Shown here in pieces: positions 43,159-44,329 of a stretch of DNA of 44,329 bases (position 1 is its first letter; each line of letters begins with the position of its first letter). This stretch comes from Candidatus Gottesmanbacteria bacterium RIFCSPHIGHO2_02_FULL_40_13 (GTDB lineage: Bacteria > Patescibacteriota > Microgenomatia > 2-02-FULL-39-11). Made by a program: the position numbers and the translations under genes. The notes under the pieces were generated by a model that worked only from the letters and a program-made list of their open reading frames with translations, was not told the origin of the DNA and did no database searches. The stretch is from assembly GCA_001779235.1 (NCBI GenBank), contig MFJN01000034.1:11202-55530 (forward strand), read 5' to 3'.

Positions 43159-44229
43159 TTATTTCTTATTATCCAACATTTCACTAAATGGAAATAGAAG
43201 TACTTCGTCAATACTGACACTGTCAGTAAACAGCATCACTAATCTATCTATGCCCAATGCTGCTCCTGAACACACAGGAAGTCCATATTGTAAAGCATCA
43301 AGAAATTCATTGTCAATTGTGCGGGTTGTTATTTTTTTATTCTTAATCAATTGAAATTCGTTCCGGAAACGCTTTTTCTGTTCAGAATAATCTGTCAATT
43401 CGCTGTAGCAATCAACCAGTTCCAAACCTGCAATATAGATTTCAAAACGTTCCGACACAAGAGGATTTGATTTTTTAAGTGTAGCCAGAGCCGCTAAGAC
43501 ACTTGGATATTCATAGATAATAGTAGGCCGGTCATTTCCTAAATATTGTTCAATTTCGTTTAAAAAAAACTGGTTGAATATCTCCTCCCAGGTATTAGTA
43601 ATACTGGTTTGATAGCCTTTTTTCCTGGCTACATGCCGTATTTTATCTGCAGTAAGATAAGGTTTGTCCTCATCGTCGATCAATTCTTTTAAACTTATTT
43701 GGGCGTATTTTTGTAGAGCATGATCGACAGTCAATCTTTCCCATGGTAAATATATATCAATTTTTTTATTTTGGTAGACAAGATTATGTTTTTTATTATC
43801 AATTGTTTTATAAATAAAGCGGAATAGTCTTTCACAATCTGTCATCAAATCATAATAATTAGCATTTATCCGGTACCATTCCAGAATTGTAAATTCCGGA
43901 TTATGCAAATCAGATCCGGTTTCTCCGTTACGGAAACTTTTCGTGATTTCAAAACAATTACCGATGCCTCCTGCCAATAGTTTTTTTAAAGAGGCTTCCG
44001 GTGAAGTGGTAAGAAAGAGAGAGGTTTTTCGGCCTGATCTGGTACTAAATTCAGTTTTAAAAACATTAAGGTAGGATTCAGGTATTAAAGCCGGGACCAG
44101 AAGCGGTGTTTCAACTTCGTGGAACTTTTCCTGATAAAAATACTCTCTAATGGCTTTTATTATTTTTTCCCTCAGGAAATATTTTTGTAAAAACTCCGGA
44201 TTTTCTTTAAGCTTACGCCAAATTTTCAT
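43159..44229 (-). CDS. epmA: EF-P lysine-34 lysyltransferase (EpmA/PoxA/GenX; LysRS-like class II core without anticodon domain)
   Basis: FHEVETPLL, TSPEASLKKLL, SFRNGETGSDLHNPEFTILEWY, ERFEIYIAGLELVDCYSELTD, CSGAALGIDRLVML. Lies 5 nt upstream of efp. GATAAT (44241-44236) is followed by 6 nt and the ATG. Confidence 0.85.
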   Translation of the reverse strand: MKIWRKLKENPEFLQKYFLREKIIKAIREYFYQEKFHEVETPLLVPALIPESYLNVFKTEFSTRSGRKTSLFLTTSPEASLKKLLAGGIGNCFEITKSFRNGETGSDLHNPEFTILEWYRINANYYDLMTDCERLFRFIYKTIDNKKHNLVYQNKKIDIYLPWERLTVDHALQKYAQISLKELIDDEDKPYLTADKIRHVARKKGYQTSITNTWEEIFNQFFLNEIEQYLGNDRPTIIYEYPSVLAALATLKKSNPLVSERFEIYIAGLELVDCYSELTDYSEQKKRFRNEFQLIKNKKITTRTIDNEFLDALQYGLPVCSGAALGIDRLVMLFTDSVSIDEVLLFPFSEMLDNKK

Positions 44230-44329
44230 AAATATATTATCGTTTGTTCTTACAGTTATTTAAGAAATATATATATACCCATCTTACTCCGGTTTGCAAC
44301 CCGAAGGGGCAGCAAAGCGGATTAGAGGG

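Noticed and set aside
44270-44329. Hairpin ccggtttgcaaccc-gaag-gggcagcaaagcgg at the window edge, considered as SRP (4.5S) RNA helix 8
   Set aside because: The GAAG loop fits the GNAR tetraloop consensus. The flanking symmetric-loop nucleotides (GCAA / CAGC) do not match the universally conserved CAGG / AGCA. It is also truncated by the window end, so it is probably another REP-like hairpin.
1-44329. Search for mobile elements, prophage genes, toxin-antitoxin or restriction/defence genes
   Set aside because: No ORF showed integrase, transposase, recombinase, nuclease-methylase or typical TA signatures. The only rearrangement scar is the nth remnant.

Overview
AT-rich, gene-dense bacterial window using the standard genetic code: TGA, TAA and TAG all terminate clearly conserved genes. 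Several housekeeping genes are trimmed: trigger factor lacks a PPIase domain, ThrRS lacks a TGS domain, and an ACP has no fab genes nearby. REP-like hairpin elements are common and many genes appear leaderless. Together these suggest an uncultivated small-genome lineage (CPR/Patescibacteria-like), but that is inference only. Layout: (i) 0.1-13.8 kb, + strand, GC-richer surface/export block. It holds a very divergent SecA-family protein (1044 aa) and an 864-aa membrane-anchored protein. It also holds an operon of a small membrane protein, a 1181-aa Cys-rich/Thr-Pro-linker secreted giant and a PilX-like protein, followed by pilM-pilN-pilO. (ii) 13.8-20 kb, - strand: trmD, KH protein, rpsP, rnc, acpP-like, nusB, rpmF (found by hand, missing from the ORF track), recG, tyrS. 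(iii) 20.1-22.8 kb, + strand: class A PBP. (iv) 22.8-38 kb, - strand: thrS-infC-rpmI-rplT, then a 10-gene phenylalanine-only shikimate/Phe operon, then pheS-pheT. (v) 38-44.3 kb: a truncated endonuclease III remnant, tRNA-Val(GAC), an orphan ATP-grasp protein, a hypothetical protein, a short trigger factor, tRNA-Leu(UAG), a membrane-anchored hypothetical protein, efp and epmA. I saw no CRISPR array, transposase, integrase or rRNA. The most interesting candidate is the SecA-like motor plus giant surface proteins plus pilus-assembly neighbourhood at 0.1-13.8 kb. All homology calls rest on my recognition of motifs in the translated ORFs; no searches were run.
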